DNA of 58,184 bases from an uncultured Candidatus Saccharibacteria bacterium (GCA_964362545.1 CAYIEM010000002.1:1-58184), one strand, 5' to 3'. Positions 34,173 to 43,839 are shown, counted from the stretch's first letter. Notes: generated by a model not told the origin, from the letters alone. Numbers and translations are program-made.

Positions 34173-35198
34173 ATGAAAATATCACTTCTAGTGCCGTGCT
34201 ACAACGAAGAAAAATCGCTTGAAGCATCGGTCAGATCCTGCCTAAATCAAACTCGTCCATTCGATGAACTTATATTCATCGATGATTGCTCAGGGGATAA
34301 AACCCCACAAATCTTGGCAAGTTTTGGAAATCGAATAATCACACATCGCGCACTTAAAAACACTGGTAATAAATCAAGTGCACAAGAATTTGGATTTCAG
34401 TTTGTTACAGGTGACATTGTCGTTACCACCGATGCCGATACTCTTCTCAAGTATAATTTTGTAGAGGAAATTGAAAAAAGTTTTAAAGATGAAGATGTGG
34501 TAGCCGTGGCTGGCGCTGTGAAAAGTCTACCGTATAATTGGCTAACTCTTTGTCGCGCATTTGATTACGCTTTAGGACAAAATATTCACAAACTTGCGCA
34601 GAGTTATTTGCGTTGCATATTCGTTATGCCCGGCGCGGCAAGCGGATTTCGCACGAAAATATTTCGTGAGCACATCACTTTCGACCACGACACTATTACA
34701 GAGGATCTAGACTTTACATATAAACTACACGACAAACGATTCAAAATCGTATACAACCAGCAAGCTATCTCGTATACCCAGGATCCATCTGATCTCTCAA
34801 ATTATATAAATCAAATGCGACGTTGGTTTGGTGGAGGATGGCAAAACCTGGTAAAACACCACAGAATAGTAGCGACCAAGCCGATCCTTGCCTTTGAGAT
34901 ATCAATCATTTACGCCGAAGGACTAATCTTTTCCATTCTTATTTTCGTGATGCCGCTCATTAACTTATGGCTCGGATTTTGGCTGCTAGTGGGGTATCTG
35001 CAGGTCACCCTCGTTTTTGCAATGTGGGCGGCATGGAAAGAAAAGAGGTGGACTCTCCTCTTGGCTCCCTTCCCTTACATTATTTTAATGTTCATCAACG
35101 CATACATTTATCTTGAACAATTTGTGAAAGAGGTCGTATTAAAGAGAAACAATCTTATCTGGTATAAACCAAGTCGGATTGCCATTAAGACCTCATGA
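34173..35198 (+). CDS. Processive GT2 synthase, PgaC/IcaA/NodC-like, with C-terminal TM helices
   Basis: LVPCYNEEKSL, IDDCSGDKT, TTDADT, ITEDLDFT and QMRRWFGGGWQN form the D,DxD,(T)ED,QxxRW set. 3-4 TM helices after the catalytic domain. TGA stop. Confidence 0.75.
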   Translation: MKISLLVPCYNEEKSLEASVRSCLNQTRPFDELIFIDDCSGDKTPQILASFGNRIITHRALKNTGNKSSAQEFGFQFVTGDIVVTTDADTLLKYNFVEEIEKSFKDEDVVAVAGAVKSLPYNWLTLCRAFDYALGQNIHKLAQSYLRCIFVMPGAASGFRTKIFREHITFDHDTITEDLDFTYKLHDKRFKIVYNQQAISYTQDPSDLSNYINQMRRWFGGGWQNLVKHHRIVATKPILAFEISIIYAEGLIFSILIFVMPLINLWLGFWLLVGYLQVTLVFAMWAAWKEKRWTLLLAPFPYIILMFINAYIYLEQFVKEVVLKRNNLIWYKPSRIAIKTS

Positions 35199-35205
35199 TA
35201 CAATC

Positions 35206-35748
35206 ATGCCCCTAACTCCATTTTTCGGTTTATCGGTACTTATACATCTCCTCATTATTGCCCTACATTGGATTTTCCCGTGGACGCGCAAGAAACAGAT
35301 ACAGAAAAAAAACGTATCCCCCTATACACGTATCGGTACTTTTTCTATTGTTGTAATAATTTTCCTATTTGTAATCATGCAGGCAGGGTTCCTCGTATAT
35401 GTAAGCGTCAACGATAAACATTCTAATATTAAATTCCTAGCTAATCACATGGAAGAAGTCAAGAAATATGTCTACTACAGATTGCCTGTCGCCATTGCGG
35501 AGAAAAACATTCCGAAGCAAACGCCAGAAAACACGGTCACCATTCGTTGCCAAACAGAATCAGCCACTTATTACTTACTGCTAAATGAATCTGCCAGCTC
35601 TTTCTCAGAGAGAAAAGAATTGGCATCTCTGCTTGAAATAAAAAACTATTCGGGTAGATACGGGGAAAACCAAATGCTATTTCAAGAATTATCTAAGAGA
35701 TTCAAAAAACCATCTTCAATCGAAAACTTACATTGTGAGAAGGTCTAA
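35206..35748 (+). CDS. Hypothetical two-TM membrane protein
   Basis: The ATG lies 7 nt after the GT2 stop (the track start at 35179 is TTG). No recognisable family. Confidence 0.5.
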   Translation: MPLTPFFGLSVLIHLLIIALHWIFPWTRKKQIQKKNVSPYTRIGTFSIVVIIFLFVIMQAGFLVYVSVNDKHSNIKFLANHMEEVKKYVYYRLPVAIAEKNIPKQTPENTVTIRCQTESATYYLLLNESASSFSERKELASLLEIKNYSGRYGENQMLFQELSKRFKKPSSIENLHCEKV

Positions 35749-35764
35749 ATTATTATTTAGTTCG

Positions 35765-35773
35765 TGATATAAT
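35765..35773 (+). promoter_or_regulatory. Extended -10 box TGaTATAAT, 8 nt upstream of the pilB ATG
   Basis: Sequence cgTGATATAATctaactccATG read directly. Confidence 0.45.
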
Positions 35774-35781
35774 CTAACTCC

Positions 35782-37002
35782 ATGGACGAATTTAACAAAG
35801 CTCTTGAAAAAGAATTGGAGGCCGGAGTCAATATTTCTATTATTAACGTGATAGATCATTTGATAAAGTACGCTAGCATCATGCACGCTTCAGATATTCA
35901 CATTGACCCTCAAGAAAAATCGGTTCGAGTCAGACTCCGCATTGATGGAGTACTAGAAGATGCTCACCCTCTGCCTAAAAATATACACGATGAGATAATT
36001 TCGCGCATAAAAGTTTTATCCGGGTTACGTACAGATGAACACAACACCGCCCAAGACGGACGTTTTAGAAGTATCATCTCCGATTTAGGTTCTGTAGACG
36101 TACGCGTTTCCATTGCCCCCACTTATCATGGAGAAAATGCCGTACTAAGATTGCTCTCTGATAACGCCGAAAATTTTACTCTGGAGACACTCGGCTTTAC
36201 AAAAGAAGATCGACAAAAGATATTATATGCGATAAAAAAACCAAACGGAATGATACTGGTCACTGGCCCTACCGGGTCCGGCAAAACAACTACACTCTAT
36301 ACCCTCATCAAGATGTTGAATTCCAAAGAGATATCTATTATTACCATAGAAGACCCGATCGAATACGCTGTGGGCGACGTGGAACAAATACAGGTAAATC
36401 CGAGAACTGGGCTCACTTTCGCCAATGGACTTCGTTCTATTTTGCGTCAGGATCCGAACGTTATCATGGTTGGAGAAATTCGCGACATGGAGACCGCCGG
36501 CATCGCGGTAAACACAGCCCTGACTGGACACTTGCTTCTATCGACGCTTCACACGAATGACGTTTCAACCACTCTTCCCAGGCTTCTCGACATGAAAATC
36601 GAGCCATTTCTTGTGGCTTCCACAGTATCCATCGCCATTGGGCAACGTTTAGTACGTAAAATATGCGACAAGTGCAAAGAGGCAAAAGTTGTGACCGATG
36701 AACAGTACAAGCGACTAGTCGAAACCATCTCAAACAAAACTTTATTGCAAAATAAAAGTTATTTTTACGGCAAGGGATGTGAATCTTGCAATAATACCGG
36801 ATACAAAGGCAGGATAGTCATCGCGGAGGTGCTTGTGGCTGATGAAGAAATCCGTACGGCAATTTTACGCAAGGCATCAGCCTCTGAAATAAAACAAATT
36901 GCAATTAAAAATGGAATGACTACTATGCTTATAGATGGTTTCAAGAAAGCGGTTTTAGGACTTACCACCGTAGAGGAAGTCCTGCGCGTGACTCATGAAT
37001 AA
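35782..37002 (+). CDS. pilB: Type IV pilus / T2SS assembly ATPase (short PilB/GspE form)
   Basis: Walker A GPTGSGKTTT, Walker B IMVGEIRD, His box TGHLLLSTLHTND, tetra-Cys CDKC...CESC. Confidence 0.88.
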   Translation: MDEFNKALEKELEAGVNISIINVIDHLIKYASIMHASDIHIDPQEKSVRVRLRIDGVLEDAHPLPKNIHDEIISRIKVLSGLRTDEHNTAQDGRFRSIISDLGSVDVRVSIAPTYHGENAVLRLLSDNAENFTLETLGFTKEDRQKILYAIKKPNGMILVTGPTGSGKTTTLYTLIKMLNSKEISIITIEDPIEYAVGDVEQIQVNPRTGLTFANGLRSILRQDPNVIMVGEIRDMETAGIAVNTALTGHLLLSTLHTNDVSTTLPRLLDMKIEPFLVASTVSIAIGQRLVRKICDKCKEAKVVTDEQYKRLVETISNKTLLQNKSYFYGKGCESCNNTGYKGRIVIAEVLVADEEIRTAILRKASASEIKQIAIKNGMTTMLIDGFKKAVLGLTTVEEVLRVTHE

Positions 37003-38194
37003 AAAAATCTCTGATTTTAAAATGAGTTTAAAAAACAGGAAGAAGTTATACCTGCCGAAAATAAATATTTCCTTCCATAAAATAGGAAATTGGGTTGCGC
37101 GAAAACTAAATAATTCCAAAACAGTGAAAATGGGATTCTTTTCTTATGCGAAATTCTCGATAAAAAATCAAACGTTTTTTGCTAAACGTCTTTCTTTCTT
37201 GATTAAAGCCGGAGTACCAATGCTGGAGAGCATCCACGTCATAAAAGAACAGACGAAGTCAAAAAGAGAAGCTAAAGTATTTGAAAAAATTATTGCGGAT
37301 GTCTCAAACGGACAAACACTGTCCGGATCGCTTTCTCGTTTCAAACAAGTTTTTGGAAACTTCGCCATCAACATAATCAAGGCAGGAGAAGGGAGCGGCA
37401 CGCTCATGGACAACCTAAACTACCTGGCAGACGAATTGAAAAAGAAAGAACTGCTCCGCAAGAAAATAAGGAGCGCAATGCTATACCCCATCATTGTGAC
37501 CCTAGCTACTTTCGGTATCATTGGTTTTTTAACTGCTTACATTTTTCCTAAAATTATTCCCCTATTCCAAAGTCTAAATGCAAAACTCCCGCTCTCTACC
37601 AGAGCAATTATTTACCTCACTGATCTCATAAGAAACGATGGGCTGTGGATTTTGTTAGGATTAATAATCGTCATTGTGGGAATAGTTGTAATGATTAAAA
37701 ATGTACCGAAGGTGAGATCTGCCTATGATGGATTGATTCTGAGAATTCCTATTTTTGGTTCTATGATTTTAAATTATAATCTTACCAATACCACAAGGAC
37801 ATTGGGACTACTCCTAAAGAGTGGAATCTCTCTTACTGAAGCGCTCGTGATAACCACAGACACCACAGAGAATGTCAGATATAAAGAAGCCTTTTCTAAT
37901 ATAAAGGCAGGCGTAATGAAAGGTAAAACTTTGTCGGAATTGATAAATAAATATCGCGCCGTGTTTCCTTTAATGTTGGTACACATGATATCTATCGGAG
38001 AAAAAAGCGGAAATCTGTCCAACACGCTGATGTATCTGTCTGAATATTATGAAAATGAATTCGACGAACAAACCAAAAATCTTTCCAGCACCATCGAGCC
38101 GGTGCTCATGATAATAATGGGTATTATGGTCGGCTTTGTAGCTATATCGGTCATCACACCTATTTATGAAATCACAAATAGCATTCATAAATAA
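36995..38194 (+). CDS. pilC: Type IV pilus platform protein (PilC/GspF family)
   Basis: Two GspF repeats (LSFLIKAGVPMLESI and LGLLLKSGISLTEAL) and 3 TM helices. Its start overlaps the pilB stop in ATGAATAA. Confidence 0.85.
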   Translation: MNKKISDFKMSLKNRKKLYLPKINISFHKIGNWVARKLNNSKTVKMGFFSYAKFSIKNQTFFAKRLSFLIKAGVPMLESIHVIKEQTKSKREAKVFEKIIADVSNGQTLSGSLSRFKQVFGNFAINIIKAGEGSGTLMDNLNYLADELKKKELLRKKIRSAMLYPIIVTLATFGIIGFLTAYIFPKIIPLFQSLNAKLPLSTRAIIYLTDLIRNDGLWILLGLIIVIVGIVVMIKNVPKVRSAYDGLILRIPIFGSMILNYNLTNTTRTLGLLLKSGISLTEALVITTDTTENVRYKEAFSNIKAGVMKGKTLSELINKYRAVFPLMLVHMISIGEKSGNLSNTLMYLSEYYENEFDEQTKNLSSTIEPVLMIIMGIMVGFVAISVITPIYEITNSIHK

Positions 38195-38651
38195 AAAAGA
38201 GGGTCTGGCCAAAGGGTTCACCTTAGTGGAAATCATAGTAGTAGTAGCGCTCATTACGATAATATTTGCCTTTGGCGCTTTTGCCAATGTAAATTTATTC
38301 ACCAGGCAAATTTCCTTGTCGGAAGAAAGCGCACTGGTAGGGGTCTTGCAAAAAGTGCGAAGTCGAGCTATGAATAATATAGATGCGAGCAGGCACGGAG
38401 TTCATATTGAAGACGGTTCGGATTATTATATTATCTATAGAGAGTTCCCTTACAATGCTATCAATATAACTAATGAAAAATTCTGGAGAGAAAAGAAGGT
38501 TGTTATTACAAGTTCTGGCAATATTTCAAGTGATGTTGTGTTTGAACAATTATCAGGCAATACGGTAAATGACGGAATGATCACTCTTTTAGACACAGGA
38601 GGACAGACAAAAGTCATTACAATTGCGCCAAATGGGCTCATAGACTGGTAA
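38166..38651 (+). CDS. Prepilin-type N-terminal cleavage/methylation domain protein (minor pilin)
   Basis: AKG/FTLVEIIVVVALITIIFA class III signal. Confidence 0.7.
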   Translation: MKSQIAFINKKEGLAKGFTLVEIIVVVALITIIFAFGAFANVNLFTRQISLSEESALVGVLQKVRSRAMNNIDASRHGVHIEDGSDYYIIYREFPYNAINITNEKFWREKKVVITSSGNISSDVVFEQLSGNTVNDGMITLLDTGGQTKVITIAPNGLIDW

Positions 38652-38657
38652 AATAAG

Positions 38658-40241
38658 ATGAATATACAAAATAAAAAAATAGATAATAGAAGAGGCTTTT
38701 CGACGATTGAATTGCTTATCGCTTTCGCAATATTACTCGTAAACATCACCGGCATTCTCCTGCTCTCAAGCGGCGTACAAGGGCAAGGACAAGGCACCGC
38801 CGCGCTTTTGTATCAAGGACAATCTGTTTCTGTAAATTCCGAGACAAATCAGGAAGCTATACATATGGCACAAGGTTTGCTTGAAAAAGCTCGTGCTGAT
38901 TCTCGAGAAGATTTCAATTTAGTAAATCCCTATACTGGCAGCAACCCAAGCGGACCATTGACCTACACTGAAACTCTTAATGTAACACAGCCTGATTTTT
39001 TTACGAAAGAAGTAGTTTCAACTGTCACATGGGAAATAGCCGGTAAAAATTTTTCAAGCATTCTCACTACTCTACTAACAAATCCGGAAGCCATAAATGG
39101 TGGAGACACCTGTGGTTCGGTACTTGAGGGTGATTGGACAAATCTTCAAAAAACCGAATATGAATTCGGGGACGATATATTAAATGACACATCTAGTGGC
39201 TTCCCTATCACTGCCATACAGACTTTCGATAAAAAAATGTACATCACTGTCAACAATGTAAACGGGAATAACGACGAAACTTTTTTTATTTTAAATATTA
39301 CAGATTCCGTACTGACAAATGGAGATGTCTTGGGTAAATTAGATAATAGCCCAGGCGCCATCAGTGAAGGCCTTAGTTCTGTCGCTGTCGACGGAACAAG
39401 CTACGCTTATGTCGCGAATGCTTATGATAGCTCTCCTAAGACATGTATAGAAAACCATAATTGCGCGCAACTCCAGATAATAGACATAGGTAACCCATCC
39501 AACCCTTCCGTAATAAGAAATTTCAAGGTAGATAGCTCTACCTCCGGCAACAAACTAGCCAACGGAACAAGTGTTTTTTATAGAAATAAAATTGTTTACT
39601 TAGGCTTGGCTAATGCCACGAGCGGACCAGAGCTTTATATCCTGGACGTCGGTGGAGGAGGAATGGGGGGAACACCCTCGAGTCCAATCGTTTTATCGAG
39701 CATCGAAATAGGAAACGGGATAAATGCTATATCCGTAAAAGATAATTATTTATATATGGCTTCCCCGCACAGCCAGGAGTTGAAAATATTTAATGTCTCC
39801 GACTTATCAAGTCCAGCTTCAGCCGGGAACTTCAATTCTTTGTCTGGTTCAGGCAACGGCAAAAGCATGTATTTAGTTGGGAGCAAGCTATATCTTGGAA
39901 AAACCGTACCCAATACCGGAAATGATTTTCATATTTTAAATAAAACAAACTCTGATATTGCTCTACCTGAATTAGGAGGGAAAAATTTCACAAGCAGTAT
40001 AAACGGAATAATAGTAAGAAATTATTTAGCTTTCTTTATCACTTCCAATGGCCAGTTCCAAACGTGGAAGATAGACGACCCGACAAACATCACGGAATAT
40101 GCCAGTCCCCTCACCCTCCCGCCAGGTAGCGGGGGGGGTCTTCAAGGCACGGCCACGGATTGCGAGGGAAATTATATTTTTGTAGGTTCTGAAAGCAGCA
40201 ACGACAAGGGATATATTTCAGTTATAACCGGAGGTCCATAA
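38658..40241 (+). CDS. Pilin-like protein: prepilin N-terminus fused to an LVIVD-repeat beta-propeller-like domain
   Basis: RRG/FSTIELLIAFAILL signal. Repeats such as YAYVANAYDS...LQIIDIGNPSNPSVI, IVYLGLANATSGPELYILDV, NYLYMASPHSQELKIFNVSDLSSPA and KLYLGKTVPNTGNDFHILN. Confidence 0.7.
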   Translation: MNIQNKKIDNRRGFSTIELLIAFAILLVNITGILLLSSGVQGQGQGTAALLYQGQSVSVNSETNQEAIHMAQGLLEKARADSREDFNLVNPYTGSNPSGPLTYTETLNVTQPDFFTKEVVSTVTWEIAGKNFSSILTTLLTNPEAINGGDTCGSVLEGDWTNLQKTEYEFGDDILNDTSSGFPITAIQTFDKKMYITVNNVNGNNDETFFILNITDSVLTNGDVLGKLDNSPGAISEGLSSVAVDGTSYAYVANAYDSSPKTCIENHNCAQLQIIDIGNPSNPSVIRNFKVDSSTSGNKLANGTSVFYRNKIVYLGLANATSGPELYILDVGGGGMGGTPSSPIVLSSIEIGNGINAISVKDNYLYMASPHSQELKIFNVSDLSSPASAGNFNSLSGSGNGKSMYLVGSKLYLGKTVPNTGNDFHILNKTNSDIALPELGGKNFTSSINGIIVRNYLAFFITSNGQFQTWKIDDPTNITEYASPLTLPPGSGGGLQGTATDCEGNYIFVGSESSNDKGYISVITGGP

Positions 40242-40246
40242 ATAAC

Positions 40247-40723
40247 ATGAAAAATAGAGGTTTTACTTTGATCGAAGTCATAATCTATATCGCACTTTTT
40301 TCTTTAATGATCGGAAGTCTAGTTGTGACCGCCTTCCATCTTTTGCAAAACAGCGGCAAGACAAACGCACGGACAGTAGCGCAGGAAGAAATGAATTTTG
40401 TTTTGAAAAAAATAGATTGGGTTTTTACCGGAGTTGAAAGCGTAGAAAATCCTACTTCCGGCAGTGGAAACACTTTGGAAATAACTAAGGCTGGTAACAC
40501 TTTATCCATCAGATTAAATACCACCGATAACAAAATAGAGCTTTGCGTAGACGACCCCTGTACAGACGACGCTGACTTTTTTCCCATTACTACCGTCAAT
40601 GTTCATATTGACGACTTGAATTTTACATACCTTCCTGCTGTCGGTTCATCCCCAGAAGGCATCATGACGACCGTTACCATAGATGGCCAAACAGCAACTT
40701 CGAGCAAATATCTAAGAATATAA
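40247..40723 (+). CDS. Prepilin-type minor pilin
   Basis: NRG/FTLIEVIIYIALFSLMIG. Confidence 0.7.
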   Translation: MKNRGFTLIEVIIYIALFSLMIGSLVVTAFHLLQNSGKTNARTVAQEEMNFVLKKIDWVFTGVESVENPTSGSGNTLEITKAGNTLSIRLNTTDNKIELCVDDPCTDDADFFPITTVNVHIDDLNFTYLPAVGSSPEGIMTTVTIDGQTATSSKYLRI

Positions 40724-40724
40724 A

Positions 40725-41147
40725 ATGAAAAGAAAAACAAGCAAGGAAAAAGGATTTATAGCTTTGTTTTCGGTGGTTATCATATCATTCGTTTTATTGC
40801 TAGCCGTAATAAGTCTAACCTTCACGGGATTTTTCAGTCGTTTTAACATCTTGGATTCCGAATCAAAAGAAAGAAGTGATGAGCTTGCAAGCGCATGTAT
40901 AGAGATAGCGCGATTAAAAATAGCGCTAAATAATTCTTATACAGGATTTGATAATAATGTTTCAGTCGGTACTGGAATTTGCGGATACAAAGTTGAAAGT
41001 GGAGGAATAATAAGAGCTCATGCTTGCGTAAACAAAGCAGCGACTTTTTATACAGTCACGGTAGACGCCGCAATACCAAATATTCCTATCTTGTCCTTCG
41101 AAGAAAATGCAGAGTTATCAACCTGTCCTATCGTTGCCTTTTTCTAA
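40725..41147 (+). CDS. Pilin-like protein lacking Glu5 (PilX-like minor pilin)
   Basis: KEKG/FIALFSVVIISFVLLLAV. Starts 2 nt after the previous stop. Confidence 0.55.
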   Translation: MKRKTSKEKGFIALFSVVIISFVLLLAVISLTFTGFFSRFNILDSESKERSDELASACIEIARLKIALNNSYTGFDNNVSVGTGICGYKVESGGIIRAHACVNKAATFYTVTVDAAIPNIPILSFEENAELSTCPIVAFF

Positions 41148-41230
41148 AACTCGTGATATAAATATGGAATTAAAGAAGTCGAAAAAGTTCCGCCAAGGAG
41201 GAAAAAATTATAAATTCAACAATAAATATT

Positions 41231-41764
41231 ATGAAGAATTTTAATAGGAAAAATAAGGGCTTAGTCCTGAGGAATTCGAAGGGTTTTACTTTAATTGAGA
41301 TATTGGTCGTTATCGCTATTATCGCTATATTGGCAGCTATAGTACTCGTTGCTATCAATCCGGGAAAGAGATTTCTGGATGCTCGAGAATCACAAAGACG
41401 AGCCAACGTAGAAGCTGTATTAAGCGCTGTACAGCAAAATATGGTAGATAATAAGGGAATCTTTACATGTACAAGTGGTACAGCTGGTTCTTTACTTGAT
41501 AATACCGTGCGCAATATAGAATATGTTGTACCTGCAACCGCTTTAAAAACCAATCTTGCACCATGTTTGAGTTCATATCTTGCAGTCTTACCAGTTGATC
41601 CGCAAACCCCTGGTTCATGGATCAGCCCCACAAACTACAACACAGCTTACACAATTACACAAAACGCCACTACTTTCCAAGTAACAGTGTCTTCGAAATC
41701 AGAAGTAGACCAAGATGCTGATGGTGATGTAGATTCTAACGACAAAATTTCTTTGACTCGCTAA
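41231..41764 (+). CDS. Major type IV pilin-like protein
   Basis: SKG/FTLIEILVVIAIIAILAAIVLVAINPGKRF...ARESQRRANV is the classic type IVa pilin N-terminus. Confidence 0.8.
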   Translation: MKNFNRKNKGLVLRNSKGFTLIEILVVIAIIAILAAIVLVAINPGKRFLDARESQRRANVEAVLSAVQQNMVDNKGIFTCTSGTAGSLLDNTVRNIEYVVPATALKTNLAPCLSSYLAVLPVDPQTPGSWISPTNYNTAYTITQNATTFQVTVSSKSEVDQDADGDVDSNDKISLTR

Positions 41765-41783
41765 ATATAATTTGTAATTCTGT

Positions 41784-41813
41784 AAAAAATCCGTCTCTTT
41801 GACGGATTTTTTT
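41784..41813. terminator. Bidirectional terminator between the convergent pilin and PBP2 genes
   Basis: AAAAAATCCGTC-TCTTT-GACGGATTTTTT: perfect stem with A-run and T-run. Confidence 0.75.
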
Positions 41814-41815
41814 GT

Positions 41816-43534
41816 TTACTCGAAATACTCTGGAGTACTTATAGACATCCAATCTAATAGTTGACGCATCACGGATGCTGCACCCACATTCCCTGTCGAA
41901 GGACCAGCTTCCATCATTATGGTGAATGCATATGTGGGGTTATCGTATGGAAAAAAGCCCACAATCCAAGAATTAATTTTGTTTTTGCTCACACCTAGTT
42001 GCGCTGTTCCTGTCTTAGCAGCGACTTTTACGTATGACACATTAAGCGGCAAAGAGGTGCCGAAGAGGACGCTCTGCCTCATTCCCTCTCGCACAACATC
42101 AAAATACTCTTTTTTCAAATTTATTAACTTGGAGGCAAGGCCTCCACTTGGAGGCAAGGCCTCTAAGTTTGTGTTTTCCAATAAATAATGCGGAGTGACG
42201 AGCGTCCCATAATTCGCCAAGGCAGATATAGCGCGAGTCATTTCCATAGGAGTCACTTGAAATCCATATTGACCAATAGCGGTGTTATAGGTATCACCTA
42301 CTCGCCATTCTTCGCCCTTAAAGTTTTTTGCTTTCCATGAGGGGCTAGGCATGACACCACTTTTCTCGTCCGGTAGGTCAACTCCAGTTTTTTCCCCAAT
42401 ACCGAAAAGCTTCGCGTATTTTTCGATGTTCGCTATACCCAAACCCCTCTGATCTTCGAAACCTCCGCCTATTTCGTAAAAATAAACGTCACTAGAAACA
42501 GCTATGGCATCTCGCATATCCACCCATCCATGAGCTTTCCAATCTTTAAAAATAGTCGGCTTGTCGGGGAAATATGGGTTAGGAATCGATATAGAACCCG
42601 TCGATAATATTTTTTTATATGGGTCAATTATATTTTCTACCAATGCTCCAATAGCAAGGAAAGGTTTTACAATGGAACCTGGAGTATAGAGTCCTGAAAT
42701 AGTTCTATCCAAGAAAATCATTCTCTTGTCGGTAAGATAGCTCTCGATGCTTTGCGCATCCTCTCCGAGAGATAAAATCTCAGAGTCATATTCCGGAAAA
42801 CTGGCAGAGGCTAAGATCTCGCCATTCAAAACGTTCATCAATACGCCAGCACCACCAGAAAAAGAGTTATTCCCTGATAATTTTTCAATTAAAGTAAATA
42901 GTTCTTTTTGAATGCGCGAATCTATCGTCGTTGTCAAATCCCCTCCGCGGATAGGAGCATTTACAATGTTTTCCGAGTGAATTACCCTGCGAGCGTCTAT
43001 CTCCACTATTTTTTCTCCATTTTCTCCTTTTAGTATTGTATTATATTCTTTCTCCAGTCCATCCCTCCCCACGAATTCTGTCTGCCAATAATTTCCCTTA
43101 CTGTCCTGCATTGGATAACTCACATACCCTATGGTATGTGAAAACCCAGGAGACAGATACGCGCGAATGACACCAGAAGAATCTTCTTCTTCTTTTTTGT
43201 TCCAAGCGAGTTCTACTTTATTTCTGTCGTAGATAATACCCCTATCGCTAAAGAGTATTTGTTTTTCTAAAACATTATTCTGGCTTCTGTTTAAATACGC
43301 TTCCCCTTTTTGTATTTGAAGGTAGCTCAACCTAGCAGAGAATGCAATCAAGAATAGCAAAAAAAAAGCGCCTACAAGAAAGATAGTTTTTTTAGAAATC
43401 GGCTTTTCTATTCTACCCTCAAATTGTTGAAGGTCGAAATTCTGCAAATTCTTTGAATCAAGAAATATCTCGTCGGGCTCCACGAGAAAATTTGAATCTC
43501 TGATTTTCTTTCTTTGTAGTATATTTCTGATCAT
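41816..43534 (-). CDS. mrdA: Penicillin-binding protein 2 (class B transpeptidase)
   Basis: N-terminal TM helix and dimerisation domain. SIVK (SxxK), SSD (SxD/N) and KTGTAQ (KTG). Confidence 0.85.
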   Translation of the reverse strand: MIRNILQRKKIRDSNFLVEPDEIFLDSKNLQNFDLQQFEGRIEKPISKKTIFLVGAFFLLFLIAFSARLSYLQIQKGEAYLNRSQNNVLEKQILFSDRGIIYDRNKVELAWNKKEEEDSSGVIRAYLSPGFSHTIGYVSYPMQDSKGNYWQTEFVGRDGLEKEYNTILKGENGEKIVEIDARRVIHSENIVNAPIRGGDLTTTIDSRIQKELFTLIEKLSGNNSFSGGAGVLMNVLNGEILASASFPEYDSEILSLGEDAQSIESYLTDKRMIFLDRTISGLYTPGSIVKPFLAIGALVENIIDPYKKILSTGSISIPNPYFPDKPTIFKDWKAHGWVDMRDAIAVSSDVYFYEIGGGFEDQRGLGIANIEKYAKLFGIGEKTGVDLPDEKSGVMPSPSWKAKNFKGEEWRVGDTYNTAIGQYGFQVTPMEMTRAISALANYGTLVTPHYLLENTNLEALPPSGGLASKLINLKKEYFDVVREGMRQSVLFGTSLPLNVSYVKVAAKTGTAQLGVSKNKINSWIVGFFPYDNPTYAFTIMMEAGPSTGNVGAASVMRQLLDWMSISTPEYFE

Positions 43535-43535
43535 T

Positions 43536-43799
43536 TTATTCTGAAACTCTAATTTTCTTTTTAACTAATTCTATTACCACAAAGACCGCCAGGCAAACAA
43601 TGAAAGAAACGAAGAAAATGCCGAAGTATCTTGATACTCCTACTCCATATAGTAAATCCGAAAGGAAAAATATGGCTACACCTTCCCAAAAAAAAGAGAA
43701 ATAAATCATCGCTACCAGAGCCATCAAAGCGGATAGCCAAAGAGGCATGTAGAGTATCGAAAATAATAGAGCTATGGACGCCAAAATTCGAAGTAACAT
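43536..43799 (-). CDS. Small three-TM membrane protein in the position usually held by mreD
   Basis: 87 aa and hydrophobic. Ends 1 nt upstream of PBP2. The MreD identity is a guess from position only. Confidence 0.4.
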   Translation of the reverse strand: MLLRILASIALLFSILYMPLWLSALMALVAMIYFSFFWEGVAIFFLSDLLYGVGVSRYFGIFFVSFIVCLAVFVVIELVKKKIRVSE

Positions 43800-43839
43800 A
43801 GCTCTATTTTACACGCTTAGACTAAAAATACAAACCTGT

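Noticed and set aside
41195-41230. AAGGAGG at 41195..41201 followed by an in-frame ATT at 41207 as an alternative start for the major pilin
   Set aside because: ATT starts are rare and the resulting 26-aa prepilin leader would be unusually long. The ATG at 41231 gives a normal 18-aa leader. The distant SD-like sequence remains unexplained.
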